A DNA stretch of 64,000 nt from an uncultured cyanobacterium (GCA_963719515.1 CAVRCJ010000010.1:96001-160000); one strand, 5' to 3'; counted from the stretch's first letter, positions 29,001-38,052 are shown. Numbers and translations: made by a program. The notes: a model not told the origin generated them from the sequence alone.

Positions 29001-29534
29001 AACAATATGGCTACTCTTACACTTGAGACAGGTGAGCGCGATCGCGCCTTGGAGTTACTAAAACAAACGGTGGAGGCAGTCTTCCAATCTGGAGACTATT
29101 TCAATGCAGTCGTAGTCCTCTCCAATGTCGCCGCCGCCTCTGAAGATGGCAAAATTGCCTACTTCGCCCAGGCCCTCTGGCTTGCCCTGCGAATAGAAAC
29201 GCCCTTGGACAGCCTGATGCGCCGCCTCTCCAATCTCTTCAACGCCCTCCCCAAAGGCGACCCCCTCGAACCCCTCCTCGCCGCCACCGCCCTCTACCAC
29301 TGTGCCCAACAGTCCAACCACCCCAATATCGAAGCCCTGCAAAAGCAGGCCCTCGGCATGCTCGGCTACGTCGCCAGCGCTCAAGGCATCGAAACCCAAG
29401 AAGCCCTACAACCCTGGATGGCCCAAAGCGGCCTCAACGACCCCAGCCAGTTTCTCCCCCGCCTCACCCAGGAACTAGAGGCCCGCATCGGTGGCACCTG
29501 GCTCTTCAACCCAGAGGAGCTGCGACGCCCATAG
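26025..29534 (+). CDS. CHAT (caspase-like) protease - STAND/NB-ARC-like NTPase - TPR protein (NLR-like architecture)
   Basis: LPWEVL, FHLTGHAG (His), LVFLSGCRTG (Cys); FVGRR, GLGGNGKS Walker A, LVLDDFE Walker B, IITSR, GNPRLL; 40-aa TPR repeats at about 28380-29150. Confidence 0.92.
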   Translation: MDMDILYVDLLPADDGYVTLRYGKDPDDWASADRRLALSDIQALIDHDKLFYFTRRPDFCSVGQQLYAWLDGEQRWLTTEIERCSASELVLMIAARGKLAHLPWEVLHDGDEFLTQAMTPVVPVRWVEGAAKPQPPQARSLSVLFMATSVVGEQALDFEQEEAKILEITNDFPLSLRVEESGCVTELEKLWKRHDEGSFDVFHLTGHAGITKAEPPTPFFITETETGDRRDATAKDLFRVFRRRRPRLVFLSGCRTGQAAQDGTVSSIAQELVSYGLPAVMGWGQSVRDRDATLAAQKLYEFLAAGYSLPGAFSETIQHLQEEDARDWHLLRLYARTDMLGPLVQAGSTGVYLPPLETTQSYFLDDEQQVRVAGPDKFVGRRRLLQRCLGHLRERGKVGVLLHGLGGNGKSTVAARLLDRLPGYTPAVVYRRLDEASLLRSLARQATDKAGQPILDADAPLEQRLTDFLRYHLQRGQRFCLVLDDFEANLELLPNGQPAFKAKAAASASAALSPPEVLTALMRSLRATAEHRLIITSRYEFTLPELDSYVARASVPALSGADWTKKCDRLDAFKPQSEVDQDLQQQAKDIANGNPRLLEWLDDVLLAPDLDKAAILEAMAAKEDDYRESILAEALLEQQVPAVSQLLARGLIYQLPVPEAALAAVCDGMENFAQHRDRAGALGLLELSQIQGEPHYRVSRLLEELLPQDEATEARCAAAAETLYEVWWTAAKSASEERLLEIHRLAVAGKQPEIVAALGRVLTDQWNTHSRFRDIVRLCETSKTIASDARVIYPLAQAEFALGNVETAQSHYQGVLGLPKAEGDEEYRAATQHEIARIYAQQGQVQQALDFYHKSLEANEAIGNVKGEAATRHEIAGICAEQGYTKRALDLYKRSLKDFEVSGDVKGRADAMANMATIYAQQGEMQQALDLYQQSFESNEAIGNVQGKAATLHQMAGIYAQQGEVKQALDLYQQSFESNEAIGNVQGKAATLNNMATLTLETGERDRALELLKQTVEAVFQSGDYFNAVVVLSNVAAASEDGKIAYFAQALWLALRIETPLDSLMRRLSNLFNALPKGDPLEPLLAATALYHCAQQSNHPNIEALQKQALGMLGYVASAQGIETQEALQPWMAQSGLNDPSQFLPRLTQELEARIGGTWLFNPEELRRP
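28530..29010 (+). repeat. 120-bp intragenic tandem repeats encoding TPR units
   Basis: 28815-28880 is identical to 28935-29000 (66 bp); weaker copies lie at 120-bp spacing upstream. Confidence 0.9.
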
Positions 29535-29564
29535 ATTATGTCCCGAGTGGCATCCTAGCCGACG

Positions 29565-30521
29565 CTAAATTCCCCACTGCTCCCGATGCCACCGCAACCC
29601 CTCCAAACTCGGCCAACTTCTCTCTTCCCTCGGCAACCCAATCGCCTCTCCCCGAAACGCCCCCATCTCCCGACTCCCCACCGCAGCCTCCTCCGTAAAC
29701 CGCTCCCCCGGCACCAAAATCCGATACCCATCATCTACCCCAAACCACCCCCGATCAAACGCCCAGTGATGGTTCTTACACAGCGCCATCCCGTTCACAA
29801 ACCGATCATCCCGAAACTCCGAAAACGGCTTGATATGCGCCCCATCCACAATATCCTGCCCCTCCACCCCAATAATCCTCAATCGGCAGAACGCGCAGCG
29901 CTGCTCATATAGCGACACCACAATTTTGCGGAACGCCCCATTGCGCACCACAACATTCTCCTCATCCTTCAAATCTTCGACGCTATAGGTCGCGCCCCCC
30001 TCTCGCAGCAGCCCCGCCTTCACCTGCTCAAATTCATCAATCAGCGAAAGCTGCTCTACATCCCGCGATCGCCCATCAAACCAGCTATCCACCAGCACCC
30101 GCAGCAATATCAATCGCTGCCCTGGGTCCTGCAAAATTGCAAACAGCTCCGGGTCCAGCCACGCATACTGCACCATATTTTGAACCGCCCTAACGCCGCG
30201 ACGCCCCAACGTCGTCGCCGTCGTCGCCTCACTATCCGGGTAAAACGACAGGTGCCAAAACTTATCCCCCGTCAAATGCACAAACGGCAGGGAAATATCC
30301 GAGCGGTGATTGCTGCTCACCAAGCTGCGCCAATACTTCAAAAACGTCGAAATTAGCTCCGGTGACAGCGGCACCCGGTTCGCCCGAATCTTGCCCTGCT
30401 CCATCATCTCAATCACCGACATCAGCAGCACAGGCTTGTGCGGCGCAGGCCCGCGCTCCTTGTGCCGGTTCACACTGAGCTTCGCAAACTTCTTGACGTA
30501 GTGTGGCAGGTCTTTCGTCAT
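29565..30521 (-). CDS. HNH restriction endonuclease with N-terminal SBD-like (sulfur-binding) domain
   Basis: APHKPVLLMSV...LPFVHL..DKFW N-domain; RNGAFRKIV..Y...CAFC, AHIKPF, NGMALCKNHHWAFDRG HNH domain. Confidence 0.88.
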   Translation of the reverse strand: MTKDLPHYVKKFAKLSVNRHKERGPAPHKPVLLMSVIEMMEQGKIRANRVPLSPELISTFLKYWRSLVSSNHRSDISLPFVHLTGDKFWHLSFYPDSEATTATTLGRRGVRAVQNMVQYAWLDPELFAILQDPGQRLILLRVLVDSWFDGRSRDVEQLSLIDEFEQVKAGLLREGGATYSVEDLKDEENVVVRNGAFRKIVVSLYEQRCAFCRLRIIGVEGQDIVDGAHIKPFSEFRDDRFVNGMALCKNHHWAFDRGWFGVDDGYRILVPGERFTEEAAVGSREMGAFRGEAIGLPREERSWPSLEGLRWHREQWGI

Positions 30522-30742
30522 CCTGGAGCAGTTCTCAGGCCCAATTTGGCAGCGTCCTTCCCCCAAGTATGGAAAGCCCAAACGCGATCGCCCCCTACCG
30601 TAAAGAAACGTTACAGCTCGGCTTGACCACACCTTGCTGCGCTGACAGCATCCACTACGCGCAGCTTTGATGAATATTCAGGGATTGAACTATCCAGAAT
30701 CAGAGCTACGATTGCTAGCATCACCCCTCCAATGCTTTTGCT

Positions 30743-31090
30743 ATGGTCGCCTTGCCGTCACTAGAAACCAACATTCATTTAGCGAATAATCTGAAACAGG
30801 TTTCCGTCAATCCCGAGCAGCTAGACAAACTCTGCCGAGAACACCCGATTCGTAAGCTTTCGCTCTTTGGCTCCATCCTACGGGCCGACTTCACGGGCAG
30901 CAGCGATGTCGATTTTCTAGTTGAGTTCAACCCAGAGGCTAAGATTGGCTACTTCAAGCTAGTTCAAATGGAGCAAGAACTCACTGAACTTGTTGGCCGT
31001 AAGGCTGATCTCCGTACACCCGGCGAATTGAGCCACTACTTCCGCCAAAACGTCCTCAACGAGGCGATCGCTCTGTATGTCAAAGATTGA
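30743..31090 (+). CDS. MNT (minimal nucleotidyltransferase) antitoxin
   Basis: LSLFGSILRADF..SDVDFLVEF (GSx10DxD), GRKADL. Confidence 0.92.
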   Translation: MVALPSLETNIHLANNLKQVSVNPEQLDKLCREHPIRKLSLFGSILRADFTGSSDVDFLVEFNPEAKIGYFKLVQMEQELTELVGRKADLRTPGELSHYFRQNVLNEAIALYVKD

Positions 31091-31417
31091 CGACCAAACC
31101 CGGCTTCGCCATATGCTGGATGCGGCTCAAAAAGTAAGCCAGTACATTCAACCCGAGACTCGGCATCCCTTGAAAAGGACGAAAAACTTGCCTTAGCGCT
31201 CGTCCGCCTGCTTGAGATCATCGGCGAGGCAGCGGCAAATGTGAGTCAAAAGAAGAAGGCTGCGCTTCCTCAAATTCCCTGGAAGCTGCTAACTGGAATG
31301 CGAAATCGAATCGTTCACGCATACTTTGATGTTGACTATGACATTGTCTGGGATACCGCGACTGACGATATTCCCGTGCTTGTCTCCCAATTGAAAAGCG
31401 CCCTTGCCAAAAGCTAA
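31077..31417 (+). pseudogene. HEPN/DUF86 (HepT-like) RNase toxin with a 1-nt deletion near 31162 (real or sequencing error)
   Basis: ATG 31077 gives MSKIDDQTRLRHMLDAA..ETR. Restoring one G gives ASLEKDEKLALALVRLLEIIGEAA..IPWKLLTGMRNRIVHAYFDVD..SALAKS* with Rx4H motif. Span is 341 nt. Confidence 0.88.
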
Positions 31418-31523
31418 TCATCTACTTCGACCACCAAGCCGCAACTTTTGCTCTGAGAGTTGTCAAAAAATCCTCTACGCCACGACTATAGGCTTCGGTA
31501 ACGCTTGCAGCTTCGGCACGACC

Positions 31524-31600
31524 GCCTACGATCTTTCGGTGAACTACACAGCCAGCCGCCCCCACCGCCGAATCTCTCAGCGGCAGAGGCAAAACTGTAC
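31524..31600 (+). pseudogene. Possible remnant of a DUF4058-like C-terminus
   Basis: Two frames combine to AYDLSVNY..QPPPPPNLSAAEA, resembling the YD..IDY..PPPP.LS..DA ending of that family. Confidence 0.35.
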
Positions 31601-31643
31601 GGGCAAGTGGCTGCCCCGATGAGAACTGACAGACGCCGCTACC

Positions 31644-33742
31644 TTACCGCACCGCCTCATACTTCTGCGTCAGCTTATCCAACTGCTGCACCAGCAGACT
31701 CAAGAACAGGCCCACATCCGTCACCACCCCCACCGACTCCACCGAGCCGCGATCGCTCAGCTTCGTCACCACCGCCGGGTTAATGTCCACGCACACCATC
31801 TTGACGCCTGAAGGGGTCATATTGCCCGTGCCGATGGAGTGCAGCATGGTGGAGAGCATCAAAATCATGTCCGCCCCCTCGATTAAGCGGGCGTAGTCTG
31901 CCTGAGCTTTGAGCAGGTCCATCTCGGTGTCGGGCAGCGGCCCGTCGTCGCGAATGGAGCCCGCCAGAGAAAACTCCGCCCCGTTGCGGACGCATTCGTA
32001 CATGACGCCGCTGGTGAGGACGCCCTGCTCCACTGCCGCCGCAATGCTGCCGCAGCGGCGAACGGTGTTGATAGCCTTGAGGTGGTGGCGGTGGCCGCCG
32101 TGGACGGAAATGCCCCGCTTCATGTCCATCCCTAGAGAGGTGCCCATCATCGACTGCTCAATGTCGTGGACGGCGATCGCGTTGCCCCCCGAGCAGGACG
32201 TTCACGTAGTTCTCGCGAATCAGCTTGGCCAGAGTGGCTGCCGCCGCCCGTATGGATGACTACCGGACCCGCCGTCACCACCACTTTGCCCCCCCTATCG
32301 CGGATGCGGCGCAGATCCCAGGCGATTTGCTCCACGACGATTTCCACGCGCCGCTCGCTGGAGACGCCGGAGCCCATAAAGCTGAACTCCTCGGCGCTGC
32401 GCTTTTCTCGCGACTCGGCCTTACGGACCGTCCGCAAACCCTCAACGCCCACCACCACGCGATCGCCTTCTTTTAGGTCCCGCAGCAGAGCGCAGTAGGG
32501 CTGTCCCGCTGTAGGCACCACAATGGCAGCGTCCATACGCTGCCCCGTCACCCGGTGCCAATTGCCGCTGATGCGCACCTCGGTGGGGTAGATGGTGGTG
32601 ACGTAAAAGTCGTCGGGGGCGACTCCGTTTTGAGCGACGGTGTCTAGCTTTGCCTCGGCGTCGCTGGCGGTGGCGATCGCCCCCATGTCGATCAGCTGCG
32701 ACATGATCTCCGCCATCACCTCATGGCTGGGGGCAGAGACGCGGATATTGGCAACGGAGGTGTCCTGGCGCTGGTTGCCCAAGTCGAAGTTGAGCACCTG
32801 GAAGCTGCCGCCCCCCTTAACGACGGAATCTAGGGCGCGGTTGATCAGCCCAGAGTCGAGCAGGTGACCCTCTAGCTTCACGTTGCGGCTCTCGACGGCG
32901 GCGCTGGAGCTAGAGCTAGGCATAATGGGCTCAGTGGTGCGCAGCGTCAGACATTTTGCCGCACCGCCCGCTTTAAGAAATTCCGTCAGCGGCGTCTCGA
33001 CAAGGGTAAATCCCGCCTCGCCCATGCGCTGCTTCAGCTCGTCGGTAGCCTGATTGACGACCACCGTCTTGTTGACGTCTACGGCGTTGCAGGCGAAGTT
33101 CACGGCGTCGACTTCGCTGATGGGAATACGCTTTTCAGCGGGGACGCGCATCTCAATGAGACGGTTAGAGTAGGCGTCAAAAGCGGGAGGATAATACAGT
33201 AGATAGCCGTCGCTCAAGGGGCAAAAGCAGGTGTCGAGGTGGTAAAAGCGCTCGTCGGTCAGCCGCAGCGATAGCACTTCGATGTCCAGCCACTCCGCCA
33301 GATAGGGATGGGAATCGAGTTCAGAGCGGAACCCATACCCCGCCCACAGCCAGCGACCGCCCCGGTCTAGCAATGCGTCCCCTGCCCCCTCAAACGGCAG
33401 TCCTCTGGGCAGCTCATGTACCGTATAACCCTGCTCTTCAAACCATCGCTTAAAGTGAGGCTCTTCCCCCTGGCGCTCGGGATGGAAAAAGTGGCTGAGC
33501 ACCACCGTTTTGCCCAGCATCAGCCCGGCATTGGCCGTGAACACCATGTCGGGCCAGCCCTGCTGCGGTTTTACCAGGTCTACGGTGGCGTACTGCGTGA
33601 GCACTTGGTAAAGCTTGTTCCACTGCTCCTCAGCGCGATCGCGAGAAGAGCGGTGAACATTGCCCTCCATCCAAGGGTTAATGACGTAGTCGACGTCATA
33701 GTGGTGCGGAGGGCACATAAGGATGTGGACCGGTTGAGTCAT
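31644..33742 (-). CDS. argZ: Arginine dihydrolase ArgZ/AgrE (amidinotransferase domain + LOR/SDH TIGR00300 domain), interrupted by two +1 indels
   Basis: YVINPWM, PDMVFTAN, FEGAGD, FYHLDT, GGAAKCL, then GHLLDSG, APDDFY, GVSSER. Removing an extra T near 32232 and an extra G in the 32185-32190 run restores [35 protein letters not shown] and a 698-aa protein. Confidence 0.93.
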
Positions 33743-33904
33743 GATGATGCCTGAATTTGAGCGAGGGGTGGTTGCGTTGGAAAGCCAGTAGATGATTATA
33801 GGGTACTGCTGGGTTAAGCCGACATCAATCGTCAGGATTTCTAGACAGAATTGGCGAATACTCAGGGAATAGCCGATGCCCCCTAGCTCTGTCGTTCTAA
33901 TCCG

Positions 33905-33918
33905 GTACGCTACGTTAC
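33905..33918. promoter_or_regulatory. Possible NtcA box (GTA-N8-TAC) between argZ and psaC
   Basis: GTACGCTACGTTAC; no correctly spaced -10 box was found. Confidence 0.3.
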
Positions 33919-33927
33919 GTTCTTTGA

Positions 33928-34395
<468 letters not shown>

Positions 34396-34535
34396 GCGCT
34401 GCCCCTGTCCCGTCCGGCGATCGCGGTCCTTTGTGCCTTGATGAATGGGCTACGCCAACGCTAAAGAGAGGCTAAGCGCGATAGACGGGGAGAGTCCCTA
34501 CAGCGATTACAAAGTTGGCTTACATCGATTCGCGT

Positions 34536-34569
34536 CGGGGACAAGGTGCTGTACCTTGTCCCCGTTTTT
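34536..34569 (+). terminator. Rho-independent terminator after psaC
   Basis: cggggacaaggt-gctgt-accttgtccccg followed by ttttt. Confidence 0.85.
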
Positions 34570-34687
34570 GCGCCAATCCGCAACGTGACCCCACGCTATA
34601 GCGTTCGTCATTCCAGGTAGGATCAAGGCAAAGGGGACAGGCCGCCTTTCTCAGGCAGACCCCAGTTCACCCGTATTCATCTAGCCC

Positions 34688-35206
34688 ATGGACATCAAAA
34701 CCTTCTTCGAAAAGAGCTGCGGCAAGTGGTTTTGCCAATGTACTAGCCAGCACCTCGGCCACAGCCAAAGCGAATGGCGGCGTACCGATACTTGGATCAC
34801 CCTTTTACCCTCCGACGACAGCTCAGTTCTGAGTCTGTGCGAGCAGTTCGCCACAGACCCCGCCCTTGTGGTCTGTGGCCTTTCCGCCCGATGGGAAGGG
34901 ACCGTGGGCGCAGACCCCGATAAAAAGACGGGAAACTCTTTACTGGTGGCGATCGCTGACGCAGGCGCAGCGGGTCAGGGCACCCTGCTGCGGCAGAGCG
35001 CCCCCGACAATGTGGCCACCACGGCCTGCTACATGATTGAGCCTAACGAGACGCTGGTGGTGATGTCGGAGCAAAGCGGCCTTGAAACCCAGGAGCGAAT
35101 CTGGTTTGCTAGCCCCAAGCTCCGCCTCCGCAACAGCATCTTGAAGCGCCCTGATGACTTCAGCACAACGTCCTTCTTCTCAGAAATCCGCGTGGGTGAC
35201 GCCTAA
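34688..35206 (+). CDS. Phycobiliprotein lyase, CpcS/CpeS (S/U-type) family
   Basis: FFEKSCGKWF, ERIWFASPKLRLR, SFFSEIR. Confidence 0.88.
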   Translation: MDIKTFFEKSCGKWFCQCTSQHLGHSQSEWRRTDTWITLLPSDDSSVLSLCEQFATDPALVVCGLSARWEGTVGADPDKKTGNSLLVAIADAGAAGQGTLLRQSAPDNVATTACYMIEPNETLVVMSEQSGLETQERIWFASPKLRLRNSILKRPDDFSTTSFFSEIRVGDA

Positions 35207-36636
35207 CTTTCCTGCAGGCGCTGGCTCTTGAGCGGCTGAGACGGCATTAGCCACACCCCGATCAGATAGCCTAAGCAGCAGATGAGCAGCCCGTAAACGT
35301 TGACTCCAAAGTCTTCGGCATATTTACCGGCTCCGATACTAATCCAGGCGGGAAAGATCGCCGTCTGGGCCACGTTTTCCACCACGCGCAGCACGCCGAA
35401 CAGCAGCCCAGGCCAAAACGCCAGATGAAAGCTGAGGGCCGCGCCGCGCAGGAAGGACAGCAGAAAAATAGGGGCTAGCCCCATCACCATGGTGCCGCTG
35501 ATGGTGGTGGCCGAAATGATGGCGGGACCGACCTGGTCCCCCAGGTAGATGCTCAGCAGGGGCAGGTTACCCAGCACGGCGATCGCCACCATGGCCCAGC
35601 GTCCGATGTAGGCTTGAGACTCGGTGGGGGAGCCGTGGCGGTTGGACCAGTCTCGCCCTGCCAGCTTGGCTACGCTAGAGAAGGTTGAGTCGAGGGTGGA
35701 GCCGGCGCTGGTGAGCATGATGCTGTTGAACACCAGCAGCATCGGCAAACCAAACAGCGCGGGGACCGCCAGAGTCGGCTGTCCCTCAACCGTGAACCGC
35801 AGCGCATACAGCCCCACTACGCTAAACAGCAAAATGAAGCCCCCGCTGAGCAGGCCTGCCAGCACAAAGCCGCGCACCATTCGCTGGGGTGAGGTGATGA
35901 ACCCCCGGTCTGTGAGAACGGGGTCATGGAAGGGATAGCTGAAAACCTGCACAAAGGCCAGCCCGCAAAAGGTGAGGCCCGCCCAGCGGGTGGGCTCATC
36001 CACCACCGGGAGCCCGCTCGTGACCAGCCCTGGCCCCAGCTGCGCCAAAATTACCACCAGCAGCACCGCCGCCAGCAGCATTTGCGCCCCGTCTGTCAGT
36101 AGGCTGCTGCGCAGTCCTCCCAGCAGACTGTAGTAGACCGTAAACAGGGTCACCAACAGCGCCGCAACCCAATAGCCGGCGCTGCCTTCAGCTCCAAAAT
36201 AGAGAGAGAACACCTTGGTGTTTGACCACACCTCATTTAGCAGGCGTACGGCGATCGCAATCAAAAACAGCTTGGCGCACAGCGGTCCGTAGCGCCCTAC
36301 TAAAAATTCAGGCAGCGAGCGGTAGCCGCCTCGGCTGCGGATAAAGTAGATGGCGATCGCCGCGGTGATAAAGCTGAGATAGTAGATGGCGTAGCCGATG
36401 CCGCCCGCGATACCAAAGGCGTTGGAGAGGCTAGCGGCATTGTCGATGGATTTGGCAAAAATCCAGGAGATGGCGGCACTCGACACCAGCAGCCATAGTC
36501 CAGGACTTTGCTCCCCGGAGCGCCCTTGGAAAAAAGCCAGCGCAGATACTTTGTCGGGCGTCGTGCGCTGAACAACGCGGTAGATAAAAAAGCCGTAGCC
36601 CAGCAGCAGCGTCCAGGTCAATGTAATTGTGAGCAT
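35203..36636 (-). CDS. Sodium:solute symporter family protein
   Basis: About 13 TMs; SLPEFL..RYG, YSLLGGLRSSLLTD..Q, YPFHDPVLTDRGF, SAGSTLDS. Confidence 0.88.
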   Translation of the reverse strand: MLTITLTWTLLLGYGFFIYRVVQRTTPDKVSALAFFQGRSGEQSPGLWLLVSSAAISWIFAKSIDNAASLSNAFGIAGGIGYAIYYLSFITAAIAIYFIRSRGGYRSLPEFLVGRYGPLCAKLFLIAIAVRLLNEVWSNTKVFSLYFGAEGSAGYWVAALLVTLFTVYYSLLGGLRSSLLTDGAQMLLAAVLLVVILAQLGPGLVTSGLPVVDEPTRWAGLTFCGLAFVQVFSYPFHDPVLTDRGFITSPQRMVRGFVLAGLLSGGFILLFSVVGLYALRFTVEGQPTLAVPALFGLPMLLVFNSIMLTSAGSTLDSTFSSVAKLAGRDWSNRHGSPTESQAYIGRWAMVAIAVLGNLPLLSIYLGDQVGPAIISATTISGTMVMGLAPIFLLSFLRGAALSFHLAFWPGLLFGVLRVVENVAQTAIFPAWISIGAGKYAEDFGVNVYGLLICCLGYLIGVWLMPSQPLKSQRLQES

Positions 36637-36693
36637 TCAGAGCGGCACCTTTCCTTCAGTTTTGACGACGTCTAGATGGCCCCCCGCTCCCTT

Positions 36694-36735
36694 TGACACC
36701 GCTGAGGTGACACCGCTGAGGTGATACCGCTGGCG
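36694..36735. repeat. 14-bp tandem triplication in the symporter leader
   Basis: tgacaccgctgagg twice, then tgataccgctggcg. Confidence 0.85.
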
Positions 36736-36925
36736 GAAGGCTCGTCTTGTAATGTTTCCAGTGTTCCACCACACGAAGAAGTCTCCCGCCTTGGGATGCC
36801 CGTCAAGAGCAATAAATTAGGGGATTTGAGAGGGCCAATGCGTAAATGCTATATCTATATCAACTCTTAGACAGGGCCGCATTAACCAAGGCTGAGATTT
36901 TGGTTAGAGTGCTAGGTTTGGAGTG

Positions 36926-37669
36926 CTAGGCAATGCCCTGAGTTCTGAAGGTGACGTTAGTCCCATCGCTGAGCTGCTCTAGCACCAGCAGAGGGGTTGG
37001 CTTGGCAGATTGGTCCCAGCTAATGGTGACGATTCGCCCCTGCAGCGTGGGCTGCCACCGGGCGTGGTCAGTCGTGGGGCTCATGTAGGCTTCTAAGCAA
37101 TCGACCACCTGCTTCACGGTCACTGAGGTTGCCTGCATGGGCAGCTTGAAAAGGCGAATTTGGATGCGGAACAGGACGCCGTTTTTAGTCTTCTTTTTAC
37201 CGCGCAGGCTGTACTCAACGTCAAAGGTGCAGTTGACCTGCCGCCCCGTGCTCGCAATGCCAATCACCCGCTGGGGCTGGCTTTCCCGCAGGGCCAGCGC
37301 GATCTGCTCTTTGACTTTGTTTTTCACCTGATTGACAATCGCGTTGTGAAAGCTGGCCTCTGCCATTCGCAGGCGCAGATAGTCTAGGTTGAATTCCCGA
37401 GAGTGAATGAGGTCGGGATTCGTCTCCATCTTGCGGAGAGTCTGCAGCGCCATCTGCAGCTTTTGGGCCAGCTCCCGGTTTTTGAACTGCTCAAATCGCG
37501 TTTGCTTTTCAAGGGTTTTGACCTGGCGCTGTAGGCGAAGAATGGCTACAGCGCTCGCGGTCGTCACTGCGGCCGTAAGTGCTGGCCAGCCGTAAGCCTG
37601 CAGCCAACCGATAACGCTGGGTTGGGCTGTTACAAGGGGGAGTAAAGCGGAGTGAGTCAGAACGCCCAT
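36926..37669 (-). CDS. Hypothetical protein with N-terminal TM and coiled coil
   Basis: 247-aa ORF; TM, then heptads, then a globular domain (NPDLIHSREFNLDYLRLRM). Confidence 0.8.
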   Translation of the reverse strand: MGVLTHSALLPLVTAQPSVIGWLQAYGWPALTAAVTTASAVAILRLQRQVKTLEKQTRFEQFKNRELAQKLQMALQTLRKMETNPDLIHSREFNLDYLRLRMAEASFHNAIVNQVKNKVKEQIALALRESQPQRVIGIASTGRQVNCTFDVEYSLRGKKKTKNGVLFRIQIRLFKLPMQATSVTVKQVVDCLEAYMSPTTDHARWQPTLQGRIVTISWDQSAKPTPLLVLEQLSDGTNVTFRTQGIA

Positions 37670-38052
37670 AGTGGCATCTAAGAGTCGGTGGTGCTGAAGA
37701 GGCAGGGTAGATAGAGGTAAGAGCTATGGCGGTCTTGAGGTCTCAGGGCAGCTGCGCGCTCTATCGCCCGGTGGGCACGGTGGCCCAGATCAGCAATTCT
37801 GTTCTAAGCGGCGTGGCCAATGAATATAGGTGGGGCTGTCAGTATATCTTTATGCTTCGAGGACGAGTTAGCGAAAGCCGGACAATCTGGAGACCTTACA
37901 CGAGAGGCTCATAGAAGGCTTAAGTAGGGTCATCGCCCCGAGCAAAACCGCGATAAATCTAGCGCTGGCGAATAACGGTACGAATTGCCAGCGTTGCATA
38001 AGCTCAAAGTTAGGAGGTAGGGTGGCGCTCTATTTCCCTTGGGCCCCCACCA

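Noticed and set aside
31644..32150. Separate 168-aa gene downstream of a 531-aa gene
   Set aside because: Both are parts of one argZ reading frame broken by two indels.
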